Below are positions 18,264 to 29,189 of a stretch of DNA of 36,054 nucleotides, piece after piece (position 1 is the stretch's first letter; each line of letters starts with the position of its first letter). A program made the position numbers and the translations under genes. Below the pieces are notes generated by a model. The model was not told the origin of the DNA. It made no database searches and saw only the letters and a program-made list of their open reading frames with translations. The DNA comes from Promethearchaeota archaeon (lineage in GTDB: Archaea > Asgardarchaeota > Lokiarchaeia > Sigyniarchaeales > SOKP01). The stretch lies in contig JAFGGO010000088.1 of NCBI GenBank assembly GCA_016930515.1, positions 1-36,054 of the forward strand, written 5' to 3'.

Positions 18264-18525
18264 TATAGGTTTAGAATATTATTAATTGAGGATGTTTAAA
18301 AATATCTCTAATTTGTTAAATATTTGTTGGTTAAGTTTTTCATCATTTTTGAATTTTGACGCGTCAATTGTATTTAATTATTGTTGTGGTAGTTAGCTTA
18401 CTTTTGTTATCAAAATCATCCTTTTGATTTTTTTGATTAGTATTAATCCGTACAAAGGTCTTATATTTGAAAAACTAATTTTCTAATAAATAAATACAAT
18501 AGAAATAAAAAATAACGAACTATTT

Positions 18526-19233
18526 TTAGTGACTAATAAAGAAAGCCACATAATATTCAATGGCACTTGAAAGCAGTATTATTCTCATTATTGTTAGAAG
18601 AATCAGCTCATTTTCAAATAATTCACTACCAAGGGCACCAATTAATAATGAACTAAAGGCTATAAGAAGAATTATTCCCCTTTTTCGAATGCTTGGCTCG
18701 TCGTGCTTTATGGACATTACTGAGAAAAATACGCCTAAAATAAACGAAACGAGTGGGATTAGATAATTTAAAATCGACAAATAAATTCCTGAATCTTGAT
18801 AAAAATAGCCATTAACTTGCCCTACTGAAGTTGGATCAATGATGAGTAAACATATAAAAATAGCATCAAGAGTGCTAAAAATTATTGTCGTTATAATAAG
18901 GATGTTTTTTTCTTTATCTTGATAGAAGATGTGAACAAAGGAATAAATCCAAAATATAATCGCAAGAATGAAGAATGCGTTATTCAAGAATAAGAATTCA
19001 AATGTTCGAAACGCGTATCCAGAGATAATTATCGAGAGAAATGAAAACGCAGAACCCCACCACCCAGAGCTCAATAAAACCCATGTAAGACCAAGTGAGA
19101 GCTGTTCTATTCGTTTTGAATTGAAATATTTTTTTAAAAACAGCAATCCAATAAAAACAGAAATTGAAACGAAAATTACAGCAAAAATGCCGGTAAAGAT
19201 TTCCTGTGGGTTCAAGTCATTAAAAGTAACCAT
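18526..19233 (-). CDS. ~7-TM integral membrane protein of unknown function
   Basis: About seven hydrophobic segments separated by short basic loops. Confidence 0.7.
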   Translation of the reverse strand: MVTFNDLNPQEIFTGIFAVIFVSISVFIGLLFLKKYFNSKRIEQLSLGLTWVLLSSGWWGSAFSFLSIIISGYAFRTFEFLFLNNAFFILAIIFWIYSFVHIFYQDKEKNILIITTIIFSTLDAIFICLLIIDPTSVGQVNGYFYQDSGIYLSILNYLIPLVSFILGVFFSVMSIKHDEPSIRKRGIILLIAFSSLLIGALGSELFENELILLTIMRIILLSSAIEYYVAFFISH

Positions 19234-19332
19234 ATTTAATACCTTATAATTTCTTATTTAATACCTTTATTATCTATATTTAAGTTATTTATAAAAAACA
19301 TTTGCTTATAAACACTTTGAAAGGAAAATGTA

Positions 19333-20337
19333 TTATTTTTCGTTTAAAAACACCTCTTCGTAAGAAATTATTGTCCACGGATAAGGTTTAAACAAAAAAT
19401 TGCAGATGTTTTGATGCTTCTTTTGGTCCGCTATTTGATCAAAAAAATATCCATGATATTCAAAAATTTTAACACCTTCAATACAGCCATTCGCAAGAAA
19501 TTTCAGATAATTAGAAAGACGACTTTTTGAATGTCCTAATATTCTTATTATTGCTTCGTAATGCTTTTTTATATTAGATATCATCAGGGAGTATATATCT
19601 AGATCAATAACTGCTCGGATCAAATCCATATAATTTAAATGCTTTCCTTCTGGATTTTTAACTTTTAGTTCTAGTAATAACAAGTTCATACTATTTTTTT
19701 TATAATCTTGGTATAGATCTGACATGTCATCCAGAATAGTATCAATGATGACATAATGCTCGAGAAATTCGCTTATTAATTGTTTAGTATTTTCATATAT
19801 AAAAGGCGATAATAAATCAAAATATAAGAAGAAATCCGAATTTCTTACTTGCATAAAATTAAACAATTCTTTTTTTTCCATAATTCTTGGAAATTTCATT
19901 AACTCTATTTCCTTTATTACGCATTGTTTAATATCGTATAAAGCTTGAAGCATCAATTTATTACCATTCACGGGTAATTTATTTAAATACTTTTGCACTT
20001 TCCATGGAATAAAAGCAAAATAAGAAAGTATATCAATGAATTTCACATAATTATCAACAGTATTCGCTTGAAAATAGCTATCTACCAAGGAATCTCCTAA
20101 AGATATGTAATCCGAAAAGCAATCGACTACTTTAATAATCTCTTCCTTTCTGTTACTAAGTTCTAACTCAGGTTTTAATTCTTCAGCTGAGAGGTGTTCG
20201 ATGATATCCGAAACGAGCAATGAGAACTTAGAATTAGTATTTTCTAAAAGAGTATTCGAATTATTGTTAGTCAACCCAAATATGTTATAGCAATTACTAA
20301 AGTTCTCAATATTTTTTGATGAGTCTGACAAATACAT
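19333..20337 (-). CDS. Class I isoprenoid-synthase/terpene-synthase-fold protein (putative)
   Basis: Predicted helical; Asp-rich motifs LGDSLVD and ILDDMSDLYQDYKKNSMN. Confidence 0.55.
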   Translation of the reverse strand: MYLSDSSKNIENFSNCYNIFGLTNNNSNTLLENTNSKFSLLVSDIIEHLSAEELKPELELSNRKEEIIKVVDCFSDYISLGDSLVDSYFQANTVDNYVKFIDILSYFAFIPWKVQKYLNKLPVNGNKLMLQALYDIKQCVIKEIELMKFPRIMEKKELFNFMQVRNSDFFLYFDLLSPFIYENTKQLISEFLEHYVIIDTILDDMSDLYQDYKKNSMNLLLLELKVKNPEGKHLNYMDLIRAVIDLDIYSLMISNIKKHYEAIIRILGHSKSRLSNYLKFLANGCIEGVKIFEYHGYFFDQIADQKKHQNICNFLFKPYPWTIISYEEVFLNEK

Positions 20338-20474
20338 TTCAATTGTAAAAGTAAACTAAAGTTATTCTAATATATATCTAGATAATATATAAAAGTTTAT
20401 TTTTTTTATAGAATGATCATATTTCTGAAGATTTGAAACGAGATTCCTAATTTTTAGAATCTAATTTCCAATCT

Positions 20475-21662
20475 TTATCGAATATTTTTCCTTAACGCAT
20501 CCTTTATTCTATTTAAAGCTTTTTCAAGTGTTAATCTTGGGCAAGCAATATTGATTCTCCGAAATCCCTTTCCACTTTTTCCGAAGTGTATGCCATTCCA
20601 TAATAACACTTTTGCCTCATTCATTAAAATTCTTTCTAAAGTTTGATTATTATAGTTCAATCCTCTAAAATCGAGCCAAACAAGGTAGGTTGCCTCAGGA
20701 TTTATAACTTTTACTTCTGGAATATTAGATACTAAGAATTTTTTCAAAAATTCTAAATTTTCTTTAATATATTTTTTTAAATCATCCAACCAATCTTCGC
20801 ATTTGTTGTATGCTGTTTCTAAAGCTATAGATCCTAATGAATTGTTGTCTAAAATACCATACTTTTGTTTCATAACATTGAATTTAGTTTTTAATTCAGA
20901 AGAAGGAATAATAATATTAGCAAGAGGTATTCCTGATAAATTAAATCCCTTAGATGGAGAAGTGCAAGTTATTGAATTTTCTTCGAATTTTTTCGAAATA
21001 CTTGCGAATGAAATAAACTTATATTCTGGGAAAACTAAGTCGCAGTTAATCTCATCTGATATGACTAAGAGATTTTCGTCGATGCAAATATCACCTAATT
21101 GTTCAATCTCTTCTTTTCGCCAGACTCTGCCTGTAGGATTATGAGGATTGCAAAAAATTATCATTTTTACATTGTCTAAAATAACTTTTTTTTTTAGATC
21201 ATTAAAATCAATTTCATAATGATTGTTTTCCAATTTCAACGAATTGAGAACTTTTTTTCTTTTATTACTTCGTATGATTGAGTAAAAGGGAGGATATATT
21301 GGATCTTGTAAAATTATTTTATCTTTTTCGTTTGTAAACGCTTGTATGGCAATACTTAGCCCCATCATTGCTCCAGGTGTATATATAATAGAATTTTTTT
21401 CTATTTTCCAATTATATCTTCTATAAAACCAATTAATAGTACTTTCGTAGTAAGAATCTGGAAAAATCGAATATCCCATAATTCCATGATTTATTTTTTG
21501 ATTTAATGCTTGTAAAATTAGTGGTGCGTTTTTAAAATCCATATCAGCAATCCATAATGGGAGAAGATCCTTTACTTTAAACATCTCTTCTGTACTATCC
21601 CACTTCTCAGATCTTGAATTTTTTCTATCTATGAGATTGTCAAAATCATTTTTTTTAAACAT
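20475..21662 (-). CDS. MalY/PatB-family PLP-dependent C-S lyase
   Basis: SEKWD, LPLWIADMDF, CNPHNPTGRVW, SPSKGFN (PLP Lys), ATYLVWLD, RINIACP. Confidence 0.93.
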   Translation of the reverse strand: MFKKNDFDNLIDRKNSRSEKWDSTEEMFKVKDLLPLWIADMDFKNAPLILQALNQKINHGIMGYSIFPDSYYESTINWFYRRYNWKIEKNSIIYTPGAMMGLSIAIQAFTNEKDKIILQDPIYPPFYSIIRSNKRKKVLNSLKLENNHYEIDFNDLKKKVILDNVKMIIFCNPHNPTGRVWRKEEIEQLGDICIDENLLVISDEINCDLVFPEYKFISFASISKKFEENSITCTSPSKGFNLSGIPLANIIIPSSELKTKFNVMKQKYGILDNNSLGSIALETAYNKCEDWLDDLKKYIKENLEFLKKFLVSNIPEVKVINPEATYLVWLDFRGLNYNNQTLERILMNEAKVLLWNGIHFGKSGKGFRRINIACPRLTLEKALNRIKDALRKNIR

Positions 21663-21850
21663 GATATTCCTTTATAGAAAACAAGGATAAAAAGTATTTC
21701 CATTAAAAACATTGATGTTATAAAAAGTGCTATTAAATATAATAATTTTATATACTAATACAATGCAATTTAAAGATCTAAAGAAAAAATAGATTAACTT
21801 TTTTAGAGAGATAATGTTTAAAATATCAAGCAATAAAGAGGTTTATTATC

Positions 21851-22966
21851 GTGGCTGGTGCTATTAATTTTTTTGATGTTTTAGTTATTGGAGCAGGACC
21901 TTCTGGATCGATTGCCGCAAAAAATGCTGCTGATAACGGATTTTCTACTTGTTTAATTGAGAAGGACAAAATTGGAGAAAAAGGGCGTTATAAAGCTTGT
22001 GGAGGGGGGATTCCGTTTGAGGTTCTTGAAGAAATTCAATACCCTGAAGAAAAAGTTGCTCGGTTCGTTGAATCGTTAGAATATCATCATGTTGACGGAG
22101 AATATTATTCACAGAAAGGAAAAGGAGCGACTGTTTGGAGAAGTACTTTTGATAAATATTTGCTCGATTTGGCAATTATGAGCGGCGTAGTGTTCAGAGA
22201 AAAAGAACAATTATTAAATCTCCAAAAGCTCAACGGTTATTATGAAATTATCACAAATAATTCAAAATTTCGAGCAAAGTATTTAATCGCTGCCGATGGA
22301 ATAACCTCCACGACATTAAAGCTTTTAAAATGGCCTTTTTTCCAAAGTTCTGATGTTTGGCTTACAACAACTCACGAGATGAAAACTTCTAAAAAATATA
22401 TTGAGGAAACTTTGGAAACAGATAAACTCCACCTCTTTTTTGGAAGAGAAATCACATCTGCAGGATATTCGTGGTTGTTCCCAAAGAAAGATGTAGTCAC
22501 ACTTGGTTGGGGCAACCAAATAAATCTAATGAAAAACTCTCGAAAAGAATTTAGAAAGATTTCTTCATTTCCTCTTATAGAAAAGATATTAACCAATTCT
22601 TCCATTGAAACGAATAAATCGCATTTAATTCCCATGGGGGTGCGCCCAAAAATTTACGAAGATAATGTGTTTGCCGTCGGTGACGCTGGAGGATTTGTCG
22701 ATCCCATCAACGGAATGGGCATACCATACGCAATATTTTCAGGTCAGATTGCCGTAGAAGCCATCAAGATCGGGAAGAATAAAGGAGAAAAAGAAAGACT
22801 GGGAGATATCTACGAAAATCTATTAGACAGAAGTTTTTTAAACATGTTGAAACAGAAAAGGACCTTGCGAGAAAAAATATATCAGTCAGATGCAAACTTA
22901 AAGCAATATCTATCGCTTTTGGAAAATAATTCGTCAGAAGAAATAATCCTTAAAAAATTATTTTAG
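21851..22966 (+). CDS. Geranylgeranyl reductase-family FAD oxidoreductase
   Basis: GAGPSGS, KACGGG, R..FD..L, AADG, GYSWLFPK (YxWxFP), VGDAGGFVDP..G.GI. Confidence 0.9.
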   Translation: MAGAINFFDVLVIGAGPSGSIAAKNAADNGFSTCLIEKDKIGEKGRYKACGGGIPFEVLEEIQYPEEKVARFVESLEYHHVDGEYYSQKGKGATVWRSTFDKYLLDLAIMSGVVFREKEQLLNLQKLNGYYEIITNNSKFRAKYLIAADGITSTTLKLLKWPFFQSSDVWLTTTHEMKTSKKYIEETLETDKLHLFFGREITSAGYSWLFPKKDVVTLGWGNQINLMKNSRKEFRKISSFPLIEKILTNSSIETNKSHLIPMGVRPKIYEDNVFAVGDAGGFVDPINGMGIPYAIFSGQIAVEAIKIGKNKGEKERLGDIYENLLDRSFLNMLKQKRTLREKIYQSDANLKQYLSLLENNSSEEIILKKLF

Positions 22967-23260
22967 AGTATAACTATCACATATAAAATCTAACATCATC
23001 AAGATTCTCCCGTTATTGTAGATCCAATCTTAAAGATCCTGAGATTTAATTTCATTTTGATATCGAATTAACGAGAACTTTCTAAATACAAAAAATTCAA
23101 GAATCTCGTGAGCCTAACTTCAATTCTTAATTCTAATAATCTTTATATTATTTTTCTTTATACAAAAGCGTCAATTTAAAATCTTGAAACTTTATATGAT
23201 ATTATACAATATTGATCAATTAGTGGGTTTTTTTATCACATTATAAATAGGATAGAAAAA

Positions 23261-24289
23261 ATGTCAAATAATAAAGGAACATCAATAGCAGTCGTGGCAA
23301 TTATCATAGCTGCCGCAGGTTTAGGACTTGCCGGATATCTCGTGTTCTTTCCCTCAAATGGAGGGGTAAGAAACAATATGGAGAATGTGTACTACTGTTC
23401 TTCTGCTACGGAATTACAGGTCGCCATTGATACGATTGATGCGGGAAACGGACTGATTATGATCACGAACAACATCACTCTTGACGAAACTATCGACATT
23501 GATAATGGAGGAGATTACATTCTCCAAGGGGCAGGGGCGATCACGATTATAGTCGGAGGAAACTTTACGGGGATCAATATATCAAGTGCCTCTTCGTTTA
23601 TTCTTAAGGAATTGACCATTAATATGGCAGCAATAATTTCAGGTACGACTCCAGCTGTATACATTGACGAAGAAAATAATAATCCCGTGCACATTCAGAA
23701 CATTCATTTTATTGGAGGTGTGCGCGGGGTTTTCATATCAAGTAATCAAGTTTGGGTAGAAAGATGTGTTTTTGACGATCTTGATTATGGTGTATATATC
23801 CATACTTCGTATAATAGCCACATACTTGATAACCACATTAATAATGGTATAGAATCGGGGATTTACATCACAGGTTCGAGATATTGTGTTTTAACAGGCA
23901 ATGTAATACAATATTGTGATAGCGGAATATATTTGGGCAATAGTAATAACGAGATTACTGTTGCTAATAACATCGTCCGGGATATTTATGCTTACGGGAT
24001 TAGGGTATATGGTTCATTTATTTGCACAATCGTTGGAAACACTGTTTCTTCCCAAGCAGGAAGCATTTATACAGCGATATATGGGATATATGCATTGTCT
24101 TCAAGTTATAATGTGTTTACTGGTAACATGATCAATGATGTTAAAAGCATACCTGGTACGGGATATGGTTTTTACCTGGAGGGCAGTAATTATAATGTCG
24201 TGACAAGTAATAATATGTATGAAAACAACATAAATGCCGTTACTGAAGCAGGTTGTACTGGTAATCAAATAGCAAGCTGTATCCCGTAA
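23261..24289 (+). CDS. Membrane-anchored right-handed parallel beta-helix (NosD/CASH-like) protein
   Basis: NNKG + TM helix; repeated GIY....N..I..N.I units. Confidence 0.85.
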   Translation: MSNNKGTSIAVVAIIIAAAGLGLAGYLVFFPSNGGVRNNMENVYYCSSATELQVAIDTIDAGNGLIMITNNITLDETIDIDNGGDYILQGAGAITIIVGGNFTGINISSASSFILKELTINMAAIISGTTPAVYIDEENNNPVHIQNIHFIGGVRGVFISSNQVWVERCVFDDLDYGVYIHTSYNSHILDNHINNGIESGIYITGSRYCVLTGNVIQYCDSGIYLGNSNNEITVANNIVRDIYAYGIRVYGSFICTIVGNTVSSQAGSIYTAIYGIYALSSSYNVFTGNMINDVKSIPGTGYGFYLEGSNYNVVTSNNMYENNINAVTEAGCTGNQIASCIP

Positions 24290-24497
24290 ATAGCATTTTT
24301 AAATTCTTTTTTATTATACTCTCCTCTTTTTTATTTATTATTTTAATATTTAAAATTCCAATTTCTTTTCAATAGATTTTTTCAATTTCTTATAGAATAT
24401 GTTTCTAAAGAAGTTGATATCAATTATTTTCAAAAATGGGATTTTTATTCTATGTTAATTTAAATCCAATAAGAATCAAAAAAGAGGAAATGAAAAA

Positions 24498-25544
24498 ATG
24501 TCAAGCAAGGGTGGTGTAGGTTTAGGTATCGTTGGAATAATTATTGCAGGAATAGCACTTGGGTTAGTAACATATAACTTTTTTATACCAGACCATAACA
24601 TCATTGAGGATAATATATATTATTGTTCCACGGGAGAACAAGTTCAGGACGCCATCAATACGATTGGTTCAGGTAATGGGAAGGTAATCATAATCAAGAA
24701 CATTTCGATAAGTGATACAATCGATATCAACGGAAATGGAGACTATATCGTGGAAGGTGCGAGCTCAATCACGCTTAGAATAGAAGCAAACATTAGCTCA
24801 TTTAATATTTCGAACGCAAGATCGTGCGTCATTAGAGACTTAACCATTGATGGATCATCCATTGACAATGGGGGCGTGTCGCTATTATACATAAAAGAGA
24901 AGAGTCAAAATTCCATACATATTCAGAATATTCGTTTTTTAGGGAAACCAGGAAACACCGAAGTTCAGGGCATTTACATCAGGAGTAATAATATTTGGGT
25001 CGAAAACTGCCAATTTAAAGAGTTATATACAGGAATTTTTATTTTTTGGTCGCAATTATCTCATTTCTATCACAATAGTTTTAAAGATATTAACGATACG
25101 GGAATTTACGCCCTTTATGTCTGTCAGAAAAGCGTCATTGAAGGAAACACGATTGAGAACTGCGATAATGGCATTGCATTACATTCCTCTTGGGCAGTAG
25201 AGAATATAATTTCTAACAATGAGATTTATCACATACATACGGCAGGCATATTATTGAATAATTCTGAACTAAACGCTATTATAGGAAACAGATTAGACGA
25301 TACAACAATCGTACGGGATAAGGATGTTTATGGAATTCTTTTAATAGATTCTGATGGTAATTCCATCGAGGGAAATGTAATATCTCGAATCGTCCCTCTC
25401 TCTTCGGGGGATGGTTATGGGATTTATTTGGATAATGGCGATAATAATTGTATCGTTGGAAATATCTTTAATGAGATCCCGATAGATATTTGGTATACGG
25501 GCACTAGCACGGGAAACATAATTGACAATAATATATCTATATAA
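24498..25544 (+). CDS. Membrane-anchored parallel beta-helix protein, tandem paralog of 23261-24289
   Basis: Shared N.YYCS...Q.AI.TI..GNG...I..NI....TIDI...GDYI..GA, IHIQNI.F. Confidence 0.85.
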   Translation: MSSKGGVGLGIVGIIIAGIALGLVTYNFFIPDHNIIEDNIYYCSTGEQVQDAINTIGSGNGKVIIIKNISISDTIDINGNGDYIVEGASSITLRIEANISSFNISNARSCVIRDLTIDGSSIDNGGVSLLYIKEKSQNSIHIQNIRFLGKPGNTEVQGIYIRSNNIWVENCQFKELYTGIFIFWSQLSHFYHNSFKDINDTGIYALYVCQKSVIEGNTIENCDNGIALHSSWAVENIISNNEIYHIHTAGILLNNSELNAIIGNRLDDTTIVRDKDVYGILLIDSDGNSIEGNVISRIVPLSSGDGYGIYLDNGDNNCIVGNIFNEIPIDIWYTGTSTGNIIDNNISI

Positions 25545-25910
25545 ATTTAATGAATTCCTTTTTTCTCAATTGTTTTAATTTTCAGCTCAATATCCTAATC
25601 CCTCTCTATCTATGAATCTTCGCGAAAGGTATCTTTCTCGAAGAATAATTTTAAGTTTATAGAAAATATTTTAGTTTTAAATCTCATATTGTTATGGGGC
25701 GATTTTATATTATAGTTTTATGCCATATAGCTTTTTAAGAAATTTTTTTTTGATTATTATAACTATAAAAAAGACAATGTGATGTCGCATTAGTTCAGCA
25801 ATGAGGCTACATTTAACTTAATATGAGATATTCTTTTACTTCACTTTTTACCATCATCCCTTTATAAAGCAACTAATATTTCTAGTTATAAATTATAAGA
25901 GGTAATATCG

Positions 25911-28121
25911 ATGTTAGACATATTAAAATTACGATTTAAAGAAAAAATTAAGTCAAGTTTTAAAGTCGAGAACGGTTTTCTCAGGCTCTTACTCGTGACT
26001 GTTTCTGTCGTCATTCTAATACAACTATTTATCGTTCCAACTCATTTTGAATTTTATCGTGATTCTGGGTTTAGTGGATATATGTTTTATGGTTTAAGGT
26101 TTTTTCATAGTTATAATATATACAATTATAGATACGGTTTATATTTTGAATTTCACCCCAAATATTTTTTTCCCATGATAACCATGATTTTCGCCTTAAT
26201 ATTATCATTACTACTCGCCATTAAAATCAATAAGTTCAATAAAGATGAGATATTAAAAGTTGGAATTATTAGTACCATCTTATTTGTAATTACATTTATC
26301 ACATATATATATATAAGTGTGGTATTTGATTACTATTGCTTTTCTTATCTTTTTGTGGCAAATCTATTAATGATACTCGTTTATGCCATTCTTATGCTCA
26401 TATTAACTATTCAATTATCAAGAAAACACGATAAACCTGATAAGATAAAAAAAAGGTTCTTGAGAAAACATCAACTTAAACCATCAATGTATCATGTACG
26501 AATGCTATTTTTTGTCGTTTCTATCTTACTGATCGTTCAGTTTTTTATTCCAACCTTTATTTCTATTAATCTTCTTAATACGCCTCCATTATATTATATC
26601 TATTTTTTCTCTGGAATAATCTTTACTCTTGATGGAAGCAAAACATTATACATTTCTTTTGACCCCTTTTGCTTTTTCCAAATAATACCTCAGGCTGCTG
26701 CATTAATATTAATAATTATACTGATTATAAAGATAGAAACGCTTGAAAGGAAACAAATTTTATTTTTAGGGATTGCCAGTGCGATCCTTCTTATTCTTTC
26801 TCCAATTTTATACTTCGGGGCATATTATATGATAGGCGGCACATTCGTTCCATTTAATACGCTTTCTTGCTTTAATTTACATTTTATTATTTTTTGCGTG
26901 TTTTTAGTTCTTTTAGGATCTATACATGTCTCAAACAGAGCTAAACCGTCATATTACAATATCGCTCGAAAATTAAGCTTGTTTTTAAGGAAGTATCGAG
27001 TGGAAGTAGTTGCATTTTCTATCTTTTTTATTTATTTATATGCGCTGAGAGTCCTAACGCCTTTTATTCCGGCTTATGAAAACAGTTTCCTCGATTGGGA
27101 CATGTATCTGATGATGTCAAGAGATATTACATCCATTTTTAAGAGGCAAATCGTCGCTCCTTTTTGTTATAGGCCGTTAATACCACTTCTAGCGGGAATA
27201 TTACCCTTTGACTTGCAAACAAGCTACGCCCTTATTGTGTTCCTTTCCGCCTATTTCACGGGCATATTACTATACGCAACGCTCCGGTTAAGATTTAGCA
27301 AGAGTATGAGTTTAATGGGCTTATTATTTTTTATTCTCTTGAGTTATATTCCAAAAGCAAGCTTGATATCTTTTGGACCATTTAATCTTGGTTTCATCAA
27401 CGCAGCGTTTATTTTCGTCTATTTCGTTGATTTTCCTGCGGGGTTTTTCTTGATGGCGTGTTTTTATTGCATATTCTCTCAAAGAAAAAAAGGTTATCTC
27501 ATTTGTTTATTATTAGGAACTCTCACGAAAGAAATAGTTTTCGGAACGATCCCCGTTTTTATCGCTTACGAAATAATGATAAACCAAGACCCTCGTAATC
27601 TAAAAAAAATGGGAAACATTTTATTGAAAAACACCAAATATTTTGCACCTGGAATATGTGCTTACCTCTTATTGCGCCTTATTGTCGTTCCCATTCCTGT
27701 TATAGAAACATCTTGGTATGGTTCTTACAACAATAGCGATTACGGTTCCATCGAAATGTTTTTAGTTTTTTGGGACATGAGAATTGCAGAAATCTTCTAT
27801 CAAGGAGCGCTTTACGATTGGTTTATCGGCGTGTGGAGCCCCATGATCATTGCTTTCTGCTGCTTGAATAATTGGAAAAGAATGAAACATTGGTTCGGCA
27901 TATTTGGCATATTTATGTTGTTTTGCTATACTCAGATATTTTTAGGATTCGCCACTACTAGATATATAGTGTTTGGTTTTTACCCAATTATATTTCTAGC
28001 AGTTTCAGGTCTGGAGGGAATATTCAATATAAAACTTTTAAGAAAACACTACGAGATTAGTTTTATAAAAGTCGAAATCAGTTCAATAAAACATCAATAT
28101 TTGTTATTTAAATCCACCTAG
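25911..28121 (+). CDS. Large polytopic membrane protein; duplicated N-terminal TM module plus a GT-C-glycosyltransferase-like C-terminal half
   Basis: DWDMYL.M, APFCYRPLIPLLA, VDFP, LGTLTKE, TTRY; internal repeat in the first ~340 aa. Confidence 0.6.
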   Translation: MLDILKLRFKEKIKSSFKVENGFLRLLLVTVSVVILIQLFIVPTHFEFYRDSGFSGYMFYGLRFFHSYNIYNYRYGLYFEFHPKYFFPMITMIFALILSLLLAIKINKFNKDEILKVGIISTILFVITFITYIYISVVFDYYCFSYLFVANLLMILVYAILMLILTIQLSRKHDKPDKIKKRFLRKHQLKPSMYHVRMLFFVVSILLIVQFFIPTFISINLLNTPPLYYIYFFSGIIFTLDGSKTLYISFDPFCFFQIIPQAAALILIIILIIKIETLERKQILFLGIASAILLILSPILYFGAYYMIGGTFVPFNTLSCFNLHFIIFCVFLVLLGSIHVSNRAKPSYYNIARKLSLFLRKYRVEVVAFSIFFIYLYALRVLTPFIPAYENSFLDWDMYLMMSRDITSIFKRQIVAPFCYRPLIPLLAGILPFDLQTSYALIVFLSAYFTGILLYATLRLRFSKSMSLMGLLFFILLSYIPKASLISFGPFNLGFINAAFIFVYFVDFPAGFFLMACFYCIFSQRKKGYLICLLLGTLTKEIVFGTIPVFIAYEIMINQDPRNLKKMGNILLKNTKYFAPGICAYLLLRLIVVPIPVIETSWYGSYNNSDYGSIEMFLVFWDMRIAEIFYQGALYDWFIGVWSPMIIAFCCLNNWKRMKHWFGIFGIFMLFCYTQIFLGFATTRYIVFGFYPIIFLAVSGLEGIFNIKLLRKHYEISFIKVEISSIKHQYLLFKST

Positions 28122-28221
28122 TAAATTATTGTAATTTCTTACACAGTATTGAAGAATCATCACTCACGATTAAATTATAACCACAAAAATTATTTCCAGA
28201 GAGTGATAGTGATTTTTAGGA

Positions 28222-29019
28222 ATGAAAGAGTTAGATGTTTATAGAAAAAAATTCAATTATATTGCTGAAATAGACAATAAGATGCGATTTTTTGACGAAA
28301 ACGCAGCAATTATATCTTCTCTCTTGAACTTGAGTGGATGCGAAAGAATACTTGATGTTGCAACTGGAAATGGGGATGTTGCTATAGAACTTGCAAGACG
28401 ATTGTCAAATGGTCATGTCTTGGGTATTGATTTTTCGGAAGGAATGATTTCTCAAGCTAATAAAAAAAAGAACGAGCTTGGTCTGACCAATATCGAATTT
28501 ATCCGAATGGATATGCGATCTCTTGACTTACCTGATCGATCTTTCGACATCGTGGTTTGTTCCTTCTGCTTGTTTTTCGTAGAAGATATAAAAAGCCAAC
28601 TTTTTCATATTGCGCAGAAAGTCAAGAAAGGAGGTATTGTTCTGGTTACTTCCTTTTTCGAAAATTGCTTTTCTCCACCTATTGATCTTTTTTTTAAACG
28701 TCTTGAAACACATGGTATTGATTCTCCTATCATGATTTGGAAACGATTAGCAACGAAAGAAGGTAGTGTCTCGCTGTTTAAGGAAGTTGGTATTCAAGAC
28801 GTGAAAGCAGGCACGATTAAAGACGGTTTTTATCTCAAGGATGCTTCTGTTTGGTGGTATATCGTTTTAAACGCAGGATTTAAAAATATACTCAATCAAC
28901 TCAAGCCAGAAGTCTTTAAAAAAATTAAAGAAGAACATTTGGCAGAAATCAATGAACTTGCGACTAAGGAGGGGGTCTGGTTAAAAATGGATATTTTGTA
29001 TTTAATTGGAAAAATTTAA
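28222..29019 (+). CDS. Class I SAM-dependent methyltransferase (UbiE-like)
   Basis: ILDVATGNG, GIDFSEGM, SFDIVVC. Confidence 0.9.
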   Translation: MKELDVYRKKFNYIAEIDNKMRFFDENAAIISSLLNLSGCERILDVATGNGDVAIELARRLSNGHVLGIDFSEGMISQANKKKNELGLTNIEFIRMDMRSLDLPDRSFDIVVCSFCLFFVEDIKSQLFHIAQKVKKGGIVLVTSFFENCFSPPIDLFFKRLETHGIDSPIMIWKRLATKEGSVSLFKEVGIQDVKAGTIKDGFYLKDASVWWYIVLNAGFKNILNQLKPEVFKKIKEEHLAEINELATKEGVWLKMDILYLIGKI

Positions 29020-29189
29020 TTTAGGAAGAACCTACATGTTTCAAGTTATTTTAATTATTCAATCTTCATTAGATGTATTTTGTGTTTTAATTTTAACCAC
29101 CTTTTTTGCCTTCAAATCCTTAATCGAAATATTAATAGAATTATAAATCTTGAACTCTTTTTTAACCCCAAGTCATAGATATCACACCT

